Source: Minisyncoccota bacterium (GTDB lineage Bacteria > Patescibacteriota > Minisyncoccia > Phycocordibacterales > CSBR16-193). Taken from it: DNA of 64,000 nt. The notes under the pieces are model-generated. The model was not told where the DNA came from. It made no database searches and saw only the letters and a list, made by a program, of their open reading frames with translations. The stretch spans positions 263,142-327,141 of the forward strand of contig JBBDRA010000003.1 in the NCBI GenBank assembly GCA_040905715.1. Reading direction: 5' to 3'. Shown here piece by piece: positions 1 through 8,877 of this stretch. Numbering within the stretch: position 1 is the first letter of the stretch; every line of letters begins with the position of its first letter. Both the position numbers and the translations under genes were made by a program.

Positions 1-1339
1 GCGGGTGTTGTTGAATAAGTTCTTTGCGTGTCGAGAGGCTGGCTTTTTGAGCAAGCACAGTGAGAGCTGCTTCAGTCGGGTCGCCGCTTATAGACCAGAA
101 TTCTTTTTCTGTGTCATATGAAATATTCGCGGTTGAAGCAAGGGTTCCAACAAGTGCTGCACGATGGAGGTGCGGATCGTTCTTTGGGTCAGCGAGGGGA
201 ACACCTTCACGTGTGATATCTCCTTTAGGCTCAAACCCAAATCCATCCACTGTGTAATGTGTGCCATGGCTAAAAACTTCTTGAACAGTAAGTTCGTTCT
301 TGGTGATGGTCCCGGTCTTATCAACCGCGACAACATCTGCTTCGCCAAGTGCTTCAACGGCCTGTAGTTGCTTGACTAGAACGTTACGCTTGCTCATCCT
401 CCAGACACCGGTTGCTAGAACAAGAGTAATAACGATCGGTAACCCTTCGGGAACAGCGGAAACAATAACAGACACACCAAGAGTGAACATATGTTCAAAC
501 TCTTGGCCGACAATAGTACCGTAGGCGACAATACCCGACGCAAGCACAAGAACAATACCAACGATCACATGAGATAGGCGACGGATGTTCGCTTGGAGCG
601 GTATTTCCATATCTATCTTCTCTACTTTTTGAGAGATACGACCTATTTCAGTTGCTGAGCCGGTCGAGGTAACAATGGCCACTGCGTTGCCGGCAACAAT
701 ACTGGTTCCACGATAGACCATGTTGCGCCGGTCACCGAGCGGAAGATCGCTCTCGTCAATCCGGTCACTGTGTTTGCTTATCGCCTCCGATTCACCGGTG
801 AGCGCGGACTCTTTTGCGTGTAGGTTATGACTGGAAATGATCCGTGCATCAGCCGGAACTTTTTCGCCTTCTTTTAAGATAATAATGTCACCCGGAACAA
901 GCTCCTCGTCTTTAATGACCACCTCTTCGCCGTTTCGTTTAACGGTGGCGGAGGTTTCGGCAAATTTCTTAAGCGCAAGAAGCGTGTTTTGTGCCTTATA
1001 TGACTGGATCGTTCCGACGATCGCGTTGAAGAGAAGAATAAAAACGATAATACCACCGTCAATATACTCGCCGAGAGCGAGGACGGTTCCGGCCGCGGCC
1101 ATCAAAAGATAGATGAGCGGGCTTTTGAATTGGCGAATAAATATTGCCAGGAGTGTATCAGTTGCGGCTTCGGGTAGTGTATTGGCACCGTAGAGTTCAC
1201 GGCGCTCTACAACTTCTTTGTCGCTCAGACCGGCCTCTTCCTTTACATCAAGATTTTCGAGAGCGTCACTTGCCTCAAGTTTATACCATGCTGCTTCTCT
1301 TGTATTTTTTCGTTCGTTCGGTTTTTTCGATGAGGTCAT
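1..1339 (-). CDS. P2-type cation-transporting P-type ATPase (Ca2+/Mg2+-type), N-terminal ~445 aa; C-terminus lies beyond window start
   Basis: Manual minus-strand translation (no in-window stop, so absent from the ORF track). The frame is uninterrupted from the ATG (complement of 1337-1339) to nt 1. It shows a cation-ATPase N-terminal domain (GLSDKEVVERRELYGANTL), PEGLP in TM4, and the DKTGTIT phosphorylation motif encoded around nt 300-335. Confidence 0.8.
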   Translation of the reverse strand, partial: MTSSKKPNERKNTREAAWYKLEASDALENLDVKEEAGLSDKEVVERRELYGANTLPEAATDTLLAIFIRQFKSPLIYLLMAAAGTVLALGEYIDGGIIVFILLFNAIVGTIQSYKAQNTLLALKKFAETSATVKRNGEEVVIKDEELVPGDIIILKEGEKVPADARIISSHNLHAKESALTGESEAISKHSDRIDESDLPLGDRRNMVYRGTSIVAGNAVAIVTSTGSATEIGRISQKVEKIDMEIPLQANIRRLSHVIVGIVLVLASGIVAYGTIVGQEFEHMFTLGVSVIVSAVPEGLPIVITLVLATGVWRMSKRNVLVKQLQAVEALGEADVVAVDKTGTITKNELTVQEVFSHGTHYTVDGFGFEPKGDITREGVPLADPKNDPHLHRAALVGTLASTANISYDTEKEFWSISGDPTEAALTVLAQKASLSTRKELIQQHP

Positions 1340-1450
1340 GTAATAAAATGGTTCTATAAAATTCATTTTTCATTATACCTGCTTCACAGCATTCCCGGGT
1401 GTGTATTATTAACATAGGTGAACAAATTAGCGTGATATACTTTTAGTGTT

Positions 1451-3244
1451 ATGTTCGACCCCCAGTTACTTTCCCAGCTTTTTATTTTTGCGGTCCTGGT
1501 GGCCATGATGTCGGAGTTTATAAGAGGAAAGTTACGCTACGATATAGTTTCTCTACTCGCCTTGCTTGCGATCATATTTGCAGGCTTGCTGGCTCCGGAG
1601 GAAGCGTTTGTGAGTTTTGGGCATCCCGCAATTATTATTGTTGCATCGATGTTCATCATTAGTCAGGGGCTTGTGCTCTCCGGCGTGATCGATATTATCG
1701 GTCGTAAGTTCATCTCGATCGGCCATCATCCGATCATTCAACTTTTCTTGCTTATTGTCGTGGTGGCGTTTGTTTCTGCGTTCGTTAATAATATCGGGGC
1801 GCTTGCGTTGTTTTTGCCGATCGCCATTCACGTTGCAAAGGATAATGATATCTCGCCTTCGAAGTTTCTTATACCACTCGCGTTCGCTTCGCACCTTGGA
1901 GGATTTCTTACGTTGATCGGTACGCCAAGGAATATTATTGTTTCAAGTTTTCGAGCTGACGAGTCCGGTTTTGAGCACTTCGGGATGTTTGACTTTGCCC
2001 TGGTCGGATTACCGCTAGCGATCGTTGGTATCATTTTTCTCGCCTTCATTAGCTGGCGCTTGCTCCCAAATCGACGCTGCGGATCGCCGGATAAATGCGA
2101 TCTTTTTGAAGTGAGGAACTATACAACTGAAATAAAAGCAACAGAGGACTCTGAGCTGATCGGTACATATATTAAGGATATACCGGAGCAGACCGGTCTA
2201 GCGTTTGCAATACGAGGTATACAGCGTGGTGAAAGCCACCTCCACCAATTTTCAGGTTTCGAAGTACTCCAAGAAGGGGACGTGCTTATTGTCTCGGCGG
2301 AGCCTGAGGTCCTCACTGAACTGATCGAGTCCGCAAAATTTGAGACACCACAGAGTAAGGCAAAAGAGGCAGGAGTTACGCCGGATGAGGAACAAGGAGA
2401 TGTCGAGGCAGTGGTAACACCTCGATCGGTTCTTGTCGGCAGGTCTTGGGGAAGTATACCGCTTCGTTTGCGATACGGTGTTAATCTCTTGGCGGTGGCT
2501 CGACAAGGAGCAAGGCTTTCAGTTCCGCTCGAAGAGATCACATTCCGTCAAAGTGACATTCTTTTGTTCCAAGGACGTAAGGAGAGTATTAACGACTCCC
2601 TTTCCGCCCTTGGTTGTTATCCGCTTGCTGATAGAGGGCTTTCGTTCGGCAGAAGTCGTCATGTCATCATTTCGTTATCTATTTTTGTTGTCGCTATCGC
2701 GCTCGCAACAATGTCTCTTGTGCCCGTCCATATTGCCTTTCTTGCGGCTGCGCTGGCTATGATACTTACGAATATCATGTCTACCAGACAAGCCTATGAA
2801 AGTATCGAGTGGCCGGTTCTTATTTTACTGGGTTCAATGCTGGCATTCAGCGAAGCCTTTGAATCAAGCGGTAGCGCCGGTGTGATCAGTGACTTTTTGA
2901 TAACTGCGAGTGATACAACTACTCCTCTTGTGCTCCTTGGCATCGTTTTGGTGGCAACGGTAATTGTGTCTGATTTTATTAATTCAACCACAGCAGCTGT
3001 GCTCATGGCGCCGATCGCTATTATTGTCGCGACCGGTATTGGTGCATCGATCGACCCGTTCTTGATGGCTGTTGCGATCGGGTCAGCGGCTGCATTCCTG
3101 ACGCCTGTTGGTCATGAGTCAAACACACTTGTTCTTGGTCCTGGTGGGTATAAGTTTATTGATTATGTAAAAGTTGGTTTGCCGATGGATATTATTATTG
3201 TTGTTGCATCACTTATCCTCCTGCCTATCTTTTGGCCGCTTTAG
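1451..3244 (+). CDS. SLC13/DASS-family permease with two central RCK_C (TrkA-C) domains
   Basis: 597 aa. Multi-TM halves flank a soluble ~200-aa insert with two TrkA-C-like repeats (EVRNYTTEIKATEDSELIG.. and VVTPRSVLVGRSWGSIPLRLRYGVNLLAVAR), the YfbS-like architecture. Confidence 0.65.
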   Translation: MFDPQLLSQLFIFAVLVAMMSEFIRGKLRYDIVSLLALLAIIFAGLLAPEEAFVSFGHPAIIIVASMFIISQGLVLSGVIDIIGRKFISIGHHPIIQLFLLIVVVAFVSAFVNNIGALALFLPIAIHVAKDNDISPSKFLIPLAFASHLGGFLTLIGTPRNIIVSSFRADESGFEHFGMFDFALVGLPLAIVGIIFLAFISWRLLPNRRCGSPDKCDLFEVRNYTTEIKATEDSELIGTYIKDIPEQTGLAFAIRGIQRGESHLHQFSGFEVLQEGDVLIVSAEPEVLTELIESAKFETPQSKAKEAGVTPDEEQGDVEAVVTPRSVLVGRSWGSIPLRLRYGVNLLAVARQGARLSVPLEEITFRQSDILLFQGRKESINDSLSALGCYPLADRGLSFGRSRHVIISLSIFVVAIALATMSLVPVHIAFLAAALAMILTNIMSTRQAYESIEWPVLILLGSMLAFSEAFESSGSAGVISDFLITASDTTTPLVLLGIVLVATVIVSDFINSTTAAVLMAPIAIIVATGIGASIDPFLMAVAIGSAAAFLTPVGHESNTLVLGPGGYKFIDYVKVGLPMDIIIVVASLILLPIFWPL

Positions 3245-3250
3245 AATAGT

Positions 3251-3667
3251 CTATTTCTGCGAAGTATCTTGAGGAGTACGGCACTTATTGCACTTACAGC
3301 CATGTGGTTTGATGTATTCATCAACATACGACTTGCCGTAGTCGTAGGTCAGCTCTTCGCCGGGCTGTATTTTACGCTTAGCGTAGACCTTGATCGTGTG
3401 TTTGATAACGTCGGTCTCGCAGTTCGGCCGACAGGAGTGATTAATGTAACGAGCAATGTTTTCTCGGCCGCTTCCGTCCATGGTCCACTTCGTATTGATC
3501 TCAAAGAGATACTTGTTTGCGCGTCTGTCAGCTTCGTCGTTCGTTATGATCTCGCCGGTGTATTCGATCACAAACTGTCCTTTCTCTATTACTTGATCAG
3601 CAAAAAGACCGAGTCCAGCCTGGGAGCGCTTAACAGAAACGCGTGCTGGTTCTTGTTTTCGATACAT
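3251..3667 (-). CDS. SET-domain protein-lysine N-methyltransferase (minimal SET plus post-SET Cys cluster)
   Basis: 138 aa. N-SET GLGLFA..GQFVIEYTGEII; canonical NHSCRPNC (NHSCxPN) and ELTYDY (ELxxDY) motifs; C-terminal CKCNKC post-SET-like cysteines. Confidence 0.85.
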   Translation of the reverse strand: MYRKQEPARVSVKRSQAGLGLFADQVIEKGQFVIEYTGEIITNDEADRRANKYLFEINTKWTMDGSGRENIARYINHSCRPNCETDVIKHTIKVYAKRKIQPGEELTYDYGKSYVDEYIKPHGCKCNKCRTPQDTSQK

Positions 3668-3742
3668 AGTGGAAATGCATGATACGCATTATTGCTATTC
3701 GATGCAATGTAAAAACCTTATGCTAAATGCTAAAATAGAAAA

Positions 3743-4342
3743 ATGATATCTTCTCGTGCATTTAAATATACGATCATTGGACTGCTTGTTGTTGTGAGTG
3801 TTGCTAGTTGGTATTTCACGATCTCCATTTATCAGAATAATAAGGCGGATATTATTACTGCAGTTGCTGATATTGCTCATGAACTAGCTCTACCGTTCCA
3901 TATGGCCCGAATGGCTGCGCGAGAGCCTGTTACTGAATTGCCGGTGCCGGTCTACGGGGTGGTGCTTGATCAGATCGACGACACGTGGGGTGCGGCACGT
4001 AGCGAGGGTCGGACGCACGACGGGACTGACATTTTTGCCACGCGAGGAACGCCGGTTTTCTCCGCAACTGAGGGATATGTTACTCGAACGAATATTGGTA
4101 CACGTGGTGGTATTAACGTAATGGTGGCCGGTCCGGGCGGGTTGAATTATTACTACGCACATCTAGAGCGGATCGCTGACGGTATTAGACGTGGACAGGC
4201 GGTGACCACTGATACGGTGCTTGGTTTTGTTGGTAACTCCGGCAATGCAACGAATACACCGCCGCATCTTCATTTTGCTCTGTATCCCGAACGATGGGAC
4301 GCGGTTAATCCGTATCCGTTACTCGTTGATCGCTGGGATTAG
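3743..4342 (+). CDS. M23 family (LytM-like) metallo-endopeptidase, membrane anchored
   Basis: N-terminal TM helix. M23 zinc motifs HDGTD (HxxxD) and HLHF (HxH), with GFVGNSGNAT between them. Confidence 0.8.
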   Translation: MISSRAFKYTIIGLLVVVSVASWYFTISIYQNNKADIITAVADIAHELALPFHMARMAAREPVTELPVPVYGVVLDQIDDTWGAARSEGRTHDGTDIFATRGTPVFSATEGYVTRTNIGTRGGINVMVAGPGGLNYYYAHLERIADGIRRGQAVTTDTVLGFVGNSGNATNTPPHLHFALYPERWDAVNPYPLLVDRWD

Positions 4343-4374
4343 TGGCAGGAGGTGAGTATGGTAGGATAGAGCGT

Positions 4375-5058
4375 ATGAATCGTATAACAGTATTTTTTAT
4401 TCTTGTGTTTGTCGTGGCTAGTGCTGCCGGACTCGTGATCTGGATGAGCGCTCAGAGTGAACACGAAGATCTATTGGACCGCTCTCGCTCAGACAGTGTT
4501 GGTTCGGATAGTCTCATTCAAGCATCAGAGGATGATCGCGCAGATACAGAGCACGTTACAACTAATTCAGAACAAGCTACTATGGGAACAAAAAACGTAA
4601 CGCTTACAACATCGAAGGGAGATATTTCAATGGAATTATATGGCGATGATTTTCCAAACACGGTCGGTAACTTCGTAAAACTTGCTAACGAGGAATTTTA
4701 TGACGGCATTATATTTCACCGGGTTATTGAGGGATTTATGATCCAGGGAGGTGATCCGACAGGCACAGGGACCGGCGGACCCGGGTACGCCTTTGAGGAC
4801 GAGCTTAAACCGGAGTCAGAAGCTGCTCAGCGCGGCTATGCCAGAGGAACAGTGGCGATGGCAAACAGTGGTCCGGATACGAACGGAAGTCAGTTCTTCA
4901 TTGTGCACCAAGATGCACCGCTTCCGTATCAATACACGATCTTTGGCCGGGTTACGAGTGGCATGGATGTTGTCGATGCCATAGCAACAAGTGAGACTGA
5001 TGGGGGTGACAAGCCTCTGGAAGACATAGTGATCGAAAAGGCTGTTGTTGAAGAATAA
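4375..5058 (+). CDS. cyclophilin-type peptidyl-prolyl cis-trans isomerase with N-terminal membrane anchor
   Basis: FHRVIEGFMIQGGDPTGTGTGGPGY...TVAMANSGPDTNGSQFFIVH are cyclophilin signatures. Start set at ATG 4375, preceded by AGGA; the track ORF uses a GTG inside the upstream gene. Confidence 0.85.
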   Translation: MNRITVFFILVFVVASAAGLVIWMSAQSEHEDLLDRSRSDSVGSDSLIQASEDDRADTEHVTTNSEQATMGTKNVTLTTSKGDISMELYGDDFPNTVGNFVKLANEEFYDGIIFHRVIEGFMIQGGDPTGTGTGGPGYAFEDELKPESEAAQRGYARGTVAMANSGPDTNGSQFFIVHQDAPLPYQYTIFGRVTSGMDVVDAIATSETDGGDKPLEDIVIEKAVVEE

Positions 5059-5214
5059 GTGGGTGATCACGTGTCACGATACATATGTTTATAAAGTACT
5101 GCCAGAGTACTGCTTGTTTTCTAATTCACTTCGTTCATAAGAAAACAATGGAGCCCAACCACTTTATAAACATACGAACCGCACCACGCTTAGAGTAGGA
5201 GGAAAAGGAAAAAT

Positions 5215-5246
5215 GTCCGAACCCAGGGTTCGGACTTTTTTATTTT
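5215..5246 (+). terminator. rho-independent terminator (gtccgaaccc-agg-gttcggac + T7ATTTT)
   Basis: 7-8 bp GC-containing stem followed by TTTTTTATTTT. Downstream of the cyclophilin gene. Confidence 0.6.
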
Positions 5247-5306
5247 AGCAAGAGGTATTAGTTGCTCTAATCCACACGAGACATGTTCTTCGCCGTGGTA
5301 ATATAA

Positions 5307-6449
5307 ATGTATTACTACGCTAACTACTCAAATGCAATGAAAAATCGTTTTCCGGCCTCGCTTCAGTTATACTTCGGTTTGCTTTTGTTTGGGGTTGCAG
5401 GGTTCTTTCTCACGCTATTTTTGTATCCGCCTACCGGGTTTTACGGCTTCGTTCTATTCGTTGCACTTGGAGGTTTCGGGGTTGCTGCCAATATTTTTAG
5501 GACCAAGCGATCGGGTGAAGAGCTGGTCTGCCCAAGTGGTTCCGATTGTAACGTGGTGGTCAATAGTCGGTTTTCGAAGTTCTTTGGTATCCCGCTTGAG
5601 ATCCTTGGGATGACCTACTTCGCCTTAATTGCGATATCGTACTCAATTCTCCTTTTTATTCCGCAGGCCATTGAAGGAAACCTACTTCTTGTTGTCGCAC
5701 TAGCGACAATGGCGGCAGCACTTTTTTCGCTGTACTTGTTGTTCGTGCAAGCATTCTTGCTCGGCGCATGGTGCATTTGGTGCATTCTTTCTTCTATGTT
5801 CTCGCTGGTGATCTTTGCGATATCGTTTGTTACGCTTGAGCGCGCCGGTGTGCCGGTCTATGATTTTCTCATGAGCATAGAGGGGTTGCTTGAGTTTCTC
5901 AAATTCTTTGGTTATACCTTGGGAGTAGGGGCGTCTACAAGCGCTGTTATGCTCTTCTTTAATTTCTTGAGAGACTTGGACATAAGCGATAAGGAGCTTA
6001 CAACCCTCAAAGGACTCACTGAACTTGTGTGGGCCGGATTTGGCTTTGTGCTTGTGACACTTCTGATATCCTTTATCATGCTGATCTCTGTTGAGGTAGA
6101 GCCTCTGACATCTGTTGCTGCTCCGCTGGTAACTCAGATCGTTGTGCTCCTAACACTCGGCTTTACTCTTGCTGTGTTGATGATCTTGTACGCACCGTTC
6201 CTTGTATTCATGCCGTTCGCTACTAAGAAAGATTCGTGTGCTGAGTGGTTGAACGCACTACGACTTCCGACGTTTATTGTTGGTGGCCTTGTACTTGCAA
6301 GTTGGTACTATGCGTTCACGCTTAATTTCCTCCCGGAGTATTCGCTTTCTCTGCTCCTTGGCGCATACGGTATAATACTTGCCGTTGCCGCTGCTGTTGC
6401 TTGGTTGGTGGAGCGTCGGTTTCGGGCGGTTAAGCAAGGAAATGAGTAG
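5307..6449 (+). CDS. VKOR (vitamin K epoxide reductase) family domain fused to a C-terminal polytopic membrane domain
   Basis: Loop cysteine pair CPSGSDC followed by S..SKFFGIPLEILGMTY, and CIWC (CxxC) in a TM helix, form a VKOR-like core. About 200 further aa of TM helices follow, with no Trx domain. Confidence 0.55.
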   Translation: MYYYANYSNAMKNRFPASLQLYFGLLLFGVAGFFLTLFLYPPTGFYGFVLFVALGGFGVAANIFRTKRSGEELVCPSGSDCNVVVNSRFSKFFGIPLEILGMTYFALIAISYSILLFIPQAIEGNLLLVVALATMAAALFSLYLLFVQAFLLGAWCIWCILSSMFSLVIFAISFVTLERAGVPVYDFLMSIEGLLEFLKFFGYTLGVGASTSAVMLFFNFLRDLDISDKELTTLKGLTELVWAGFGFVLVTLLISFIMLISVEVEPLTSVAAPLVTQIVVLLTLGFTLAVLMILYAPFLVFMPFATKKDSCAEWLNALRLPTFIVGGLVLASWYYAFTLNFLPEYSLSLLLGAYGIILAVAAAVAWLVERRFRAVKQGNE

Positions 6450-6720
6450 TTTGCGTAGATAGAGTGCTAATTCAAGGTGTCGGGGTTGACTTTTACATCT
6501 ATACAAGCTATTATGTTTGCACATCAAATCTCGCGAGTATTTCTCGAGTTCCTCGTTTAGAAACAAGAGTGACTCAGCAGGAAGAAGGAGTCGAACGTAC
6601 AGTGTCTATCACCAGTTCATTCGTCTCAACGCAGCACGCATAAAGCAGTGTTCAACTCCCGGGACGATGAACGGTATGTAAAAGCACCGGCCGTAGTTTA
6701 TTACGGTGCATATTTATTTT

Positions 6721-8004
6721 ATGGAAAGACAGAATCAAAGTCGGTCATATGGCCGAAGTGGCTCATATGGACGAGGAGCTGCAAGTACAGGAAACAGACG
6801 TTCACGACCGTATAACGGTGGAGGAAATAATCGATCACGCTCACGTAACGGTGGTGGTGGTTTTCGAAGTAAAGGACGCGGAGGCGGTCGAAGAGCTGGA
6901 AAGCAGCAGATCGATATCGCACGCTTTATTAACCGAGCAGAACCGGCGGCAGAAGTTAAGGCATACGAGCCACAACACAAATTTGCTGACTTTGCGCTCG
7001 ATGCTCGTCTAAAGAGCAACATTGCTACGAAGGGCTATGTTGACCCAACACCGATTCAGGATCAGATCATCAAACATGTTCTTGAGGGTAAGGATGTGGT
7101 AGGGATCGCTAACACCGGAACCGGTAAGACGGCAGCATTTCTGCTTCCTCTCATTGATAAGGTATTAAATAATCCGAAAGAGCGGGTAATGGTTATTACG
7201 CCGACTCGTGAGCTTGCCCAGCAGATCGAGCAAGAACTTATTTCGTTTACGAAAGGACTACGTATTTTTGCCACATCATGTGTCGGAGGTGCGCCGATCG
7301 GACGACAGATCTCACGCTTGAAACGACACAATCACTTTGTGATCGGAACTCCCGGTCGACTGAAGGACCTGGTAGAGCGACGAGTGCTTTCTCTGAACGG
7401 CTTTAATACGCTTGTTCTGGACGAGGCTGATCGGATGCTTGATATGGGATTTATCGATGACATGAAACAGATCATGGCCGGTATGCCTAAAGAGCGTCAT
7501 ACGCTGTTCTTCTCGGCAACAATGTCGAAGGAGATCACGGCGCTCATCAGCACATTCTTGAAGGAACCGGTAACTGTTTCAGTAAAAACCGGTGACACCT
7601 CAAAGCAGGTGGATCAGGATGTTGTGCGAACGCGAGGTGCGGACAAACTTGATGTTCTTCACGATCTCTTGAATCAATCAGATTTCGAACGTGTACTTGT
7701 TTTTGGTGAGACCAAGCGTGGTGTTGAGAAACTCTCTGCCTTGCTTACCAAACGCGGTATTCGTGCGGAAGCTATTCACGGCAATAAAAGTCAATCTCAA
7801 CGTGAGCGAGCATTGAAGAAATTTAAAGACGGACACGCCAAAGTATTGGTGGCAACTGATGTTGCTGCTCGCGGACTCGATATTAATAACGTCTCGCACG
7901 TTATCAACTACGATACTCCGCAAACCTACGATGACTACGTTCACCGTATCGGCCGAACAGGTCGCGCCGGAAAAACCGGAAAGGCACTGACGTTCATCGG
8001 ATAA
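6721..8004 (+). CDS. DEAD-box ATP-dependent RNA helicase with N-terminal Arg/Gly-rich (RGG-like) tail
   Basis: Motifs ANTGTGKT, PTRELA, VLDEADRML (DEAD), SAT, HRIGRTGRAG. N-terminus is rich in RSR/GGG repeats. ATG 6721 preferred over the GTG at 6706. Confidence 0.9.
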   Translation: MERQNQSRSYGRSGSYGRGAASTGNRRSRPYNGGGNNRSRSRNGGGGFRSKGRGGGRRAGKQQIDIARFINRAEPAAEVKAYEPQHKFADFALDARLKSNIATKGYVDPTPIQDQIIKHVLEGKDVVGIANTGTGKTAAFLLPLIDKVLNNPKERVMVITPTRELAQQIEQELISFTKGLRIFATSCVGGAPIGRQISRLKRHNHFVIGTPGRLKDLVERRVLSLNGFNTLVLDEADRMLDMGFIDDMKQIMAGMPKERHTLFFSATMSKEITALISTFLKEPVTVSVKTGDTSKQVDQDVVRTRGADKLDVLHDLLNQSDFERVLVFGETKRGVEKLSALLTKRGIRAEAIHGNKSQSQRERALKKFKDGHAKVLVATDVAARGLDINNVSHVINYDTPQTYDDYVHRIGRTGRAGKTGKALTFIG

Positions 8005-8031
8005 CGTCGATAGTAGCAGGATGATACAAAA

Positions 8032-8065
8032 ACAGACAGCACGTGCTGTCTGTTTTTGCTTTTGC
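8032..8065 (+). terminator. rho-independent terminator after DEAD-box helicase
   Basis: acagacagcacg/cgtgctgtctgt perfect stem, then TTTTTGCTTTTG. Confidence 0.7.
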
Positions 8066-8154
8066 GCAAATTAATCCTGGCGTACCATCGTGCTTGTAGT
8101 GTATAGTACCTATTAATTATTGGCAGATAGAGTGTGGTCTAAATATAGATATAT

Positions 8155-8712
8155 ATGAAAAAATACAAGAACGGCATAATTATAGTAGTTTTAGCAGTCG
8201 TTGCGATCGGATTTTTTGTTTGGGGCGCAGCAACAACTGATGGGTCAACATGGCGAGACACGAATGTTGCTTGCTTGCCAAACGGTCACACGAACCTTGC
8301 AGTACATATCCACCCAGCGCTTTCAATCACCGTGGATGGTGAGCCTGAATCGATTCCGGCAAATACTGGAGTAAACGCCGGATGTATGGCAGAAGTACAC
8401 ACACATGATACAAGCGGTCTGCTTCACGTTGAGACAGTTGAGCGTAGCCGAATCGATGAACTCACGCTTGCTGATTTCTTTGATGTCTGGGGCAAGGACC
8501 TTGAGCGGGAAGGATACACCCTCACTGCTCGCGTTGACGGTGAGGTGATCGAGGACCCTGCTGGTCTGACATTTGAGGATGAACAGCAGATCGAGCTCGA
8601 ATACGCTAGCTCATCAAACGAAGATGATGCCGAAGAAGGAGAGGCGGAGGATCAGGCAACATCAACATTAGAGCTCGAGGTTGAAAGTGGGGGAAGCAGT
8701 GAGAGTATTTAA
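8155..8712 (+). CDS. hypothetical secreted/membrane-anchored protein with acidic C-terminal tail
   Basis: Signal/TM segment IIIVVLAVVAIGFFVW. His-rich stretches (HIHP, EVHTHD). C-terminal D/E/S-rich tail. Confidence 0.4.
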   Translation: MKKYKNGIIIVVLAVVAIGFFVWGAATTDGSTWRDTNVACLPNGHTNLAVHIHPALSITVDGEPESIPANTGVNAGCMAEVHTHDTSGLLHVETVERSRIDELTLADFFDVWGKDLEREGYTLTARVDGEVIEDPAGLTFEDEQQIELEYASSSNEDDAEEGEAEDQATSTLELEVESGGSSESI

Positions 8713-8750
8713 TCTTTCACCATAGATCGAGTTAGAAGGATAAACGTACA

Positions 8751-8782
8751 AAAGACCGCAGGATATATTCCCGCGGTCTTTT
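8751..8782 (+). terminator. rho-independent terminator
   Basis: aaagaccgc / gcggtcttt 9-bp stem with 13-nt loop, then T-run. Confidence 0.55.
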
Positions 8783-8877
8783 GACATAACGTAAGCTTAT
8801 CTGGATGAGATAGGAGAAAATGATACAATGCGCTGATAATTGAGAAATATCTATAAATCAATAATCTATATAAACTC

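Noticed and set aside
5192-5246. Eleven-codon mini-ORF (MSEPRVRTFLF) with strong AGGAGG SD overlapping the terminator hairpin, possible leader-peptide attenuator
   Set aside because: No downstream gene lies in an appropriate position (the next ATG is 60 nt beyond the T tract), and there is no alternative antiterminator structure. Most likely a coincidental SD-like purine run.
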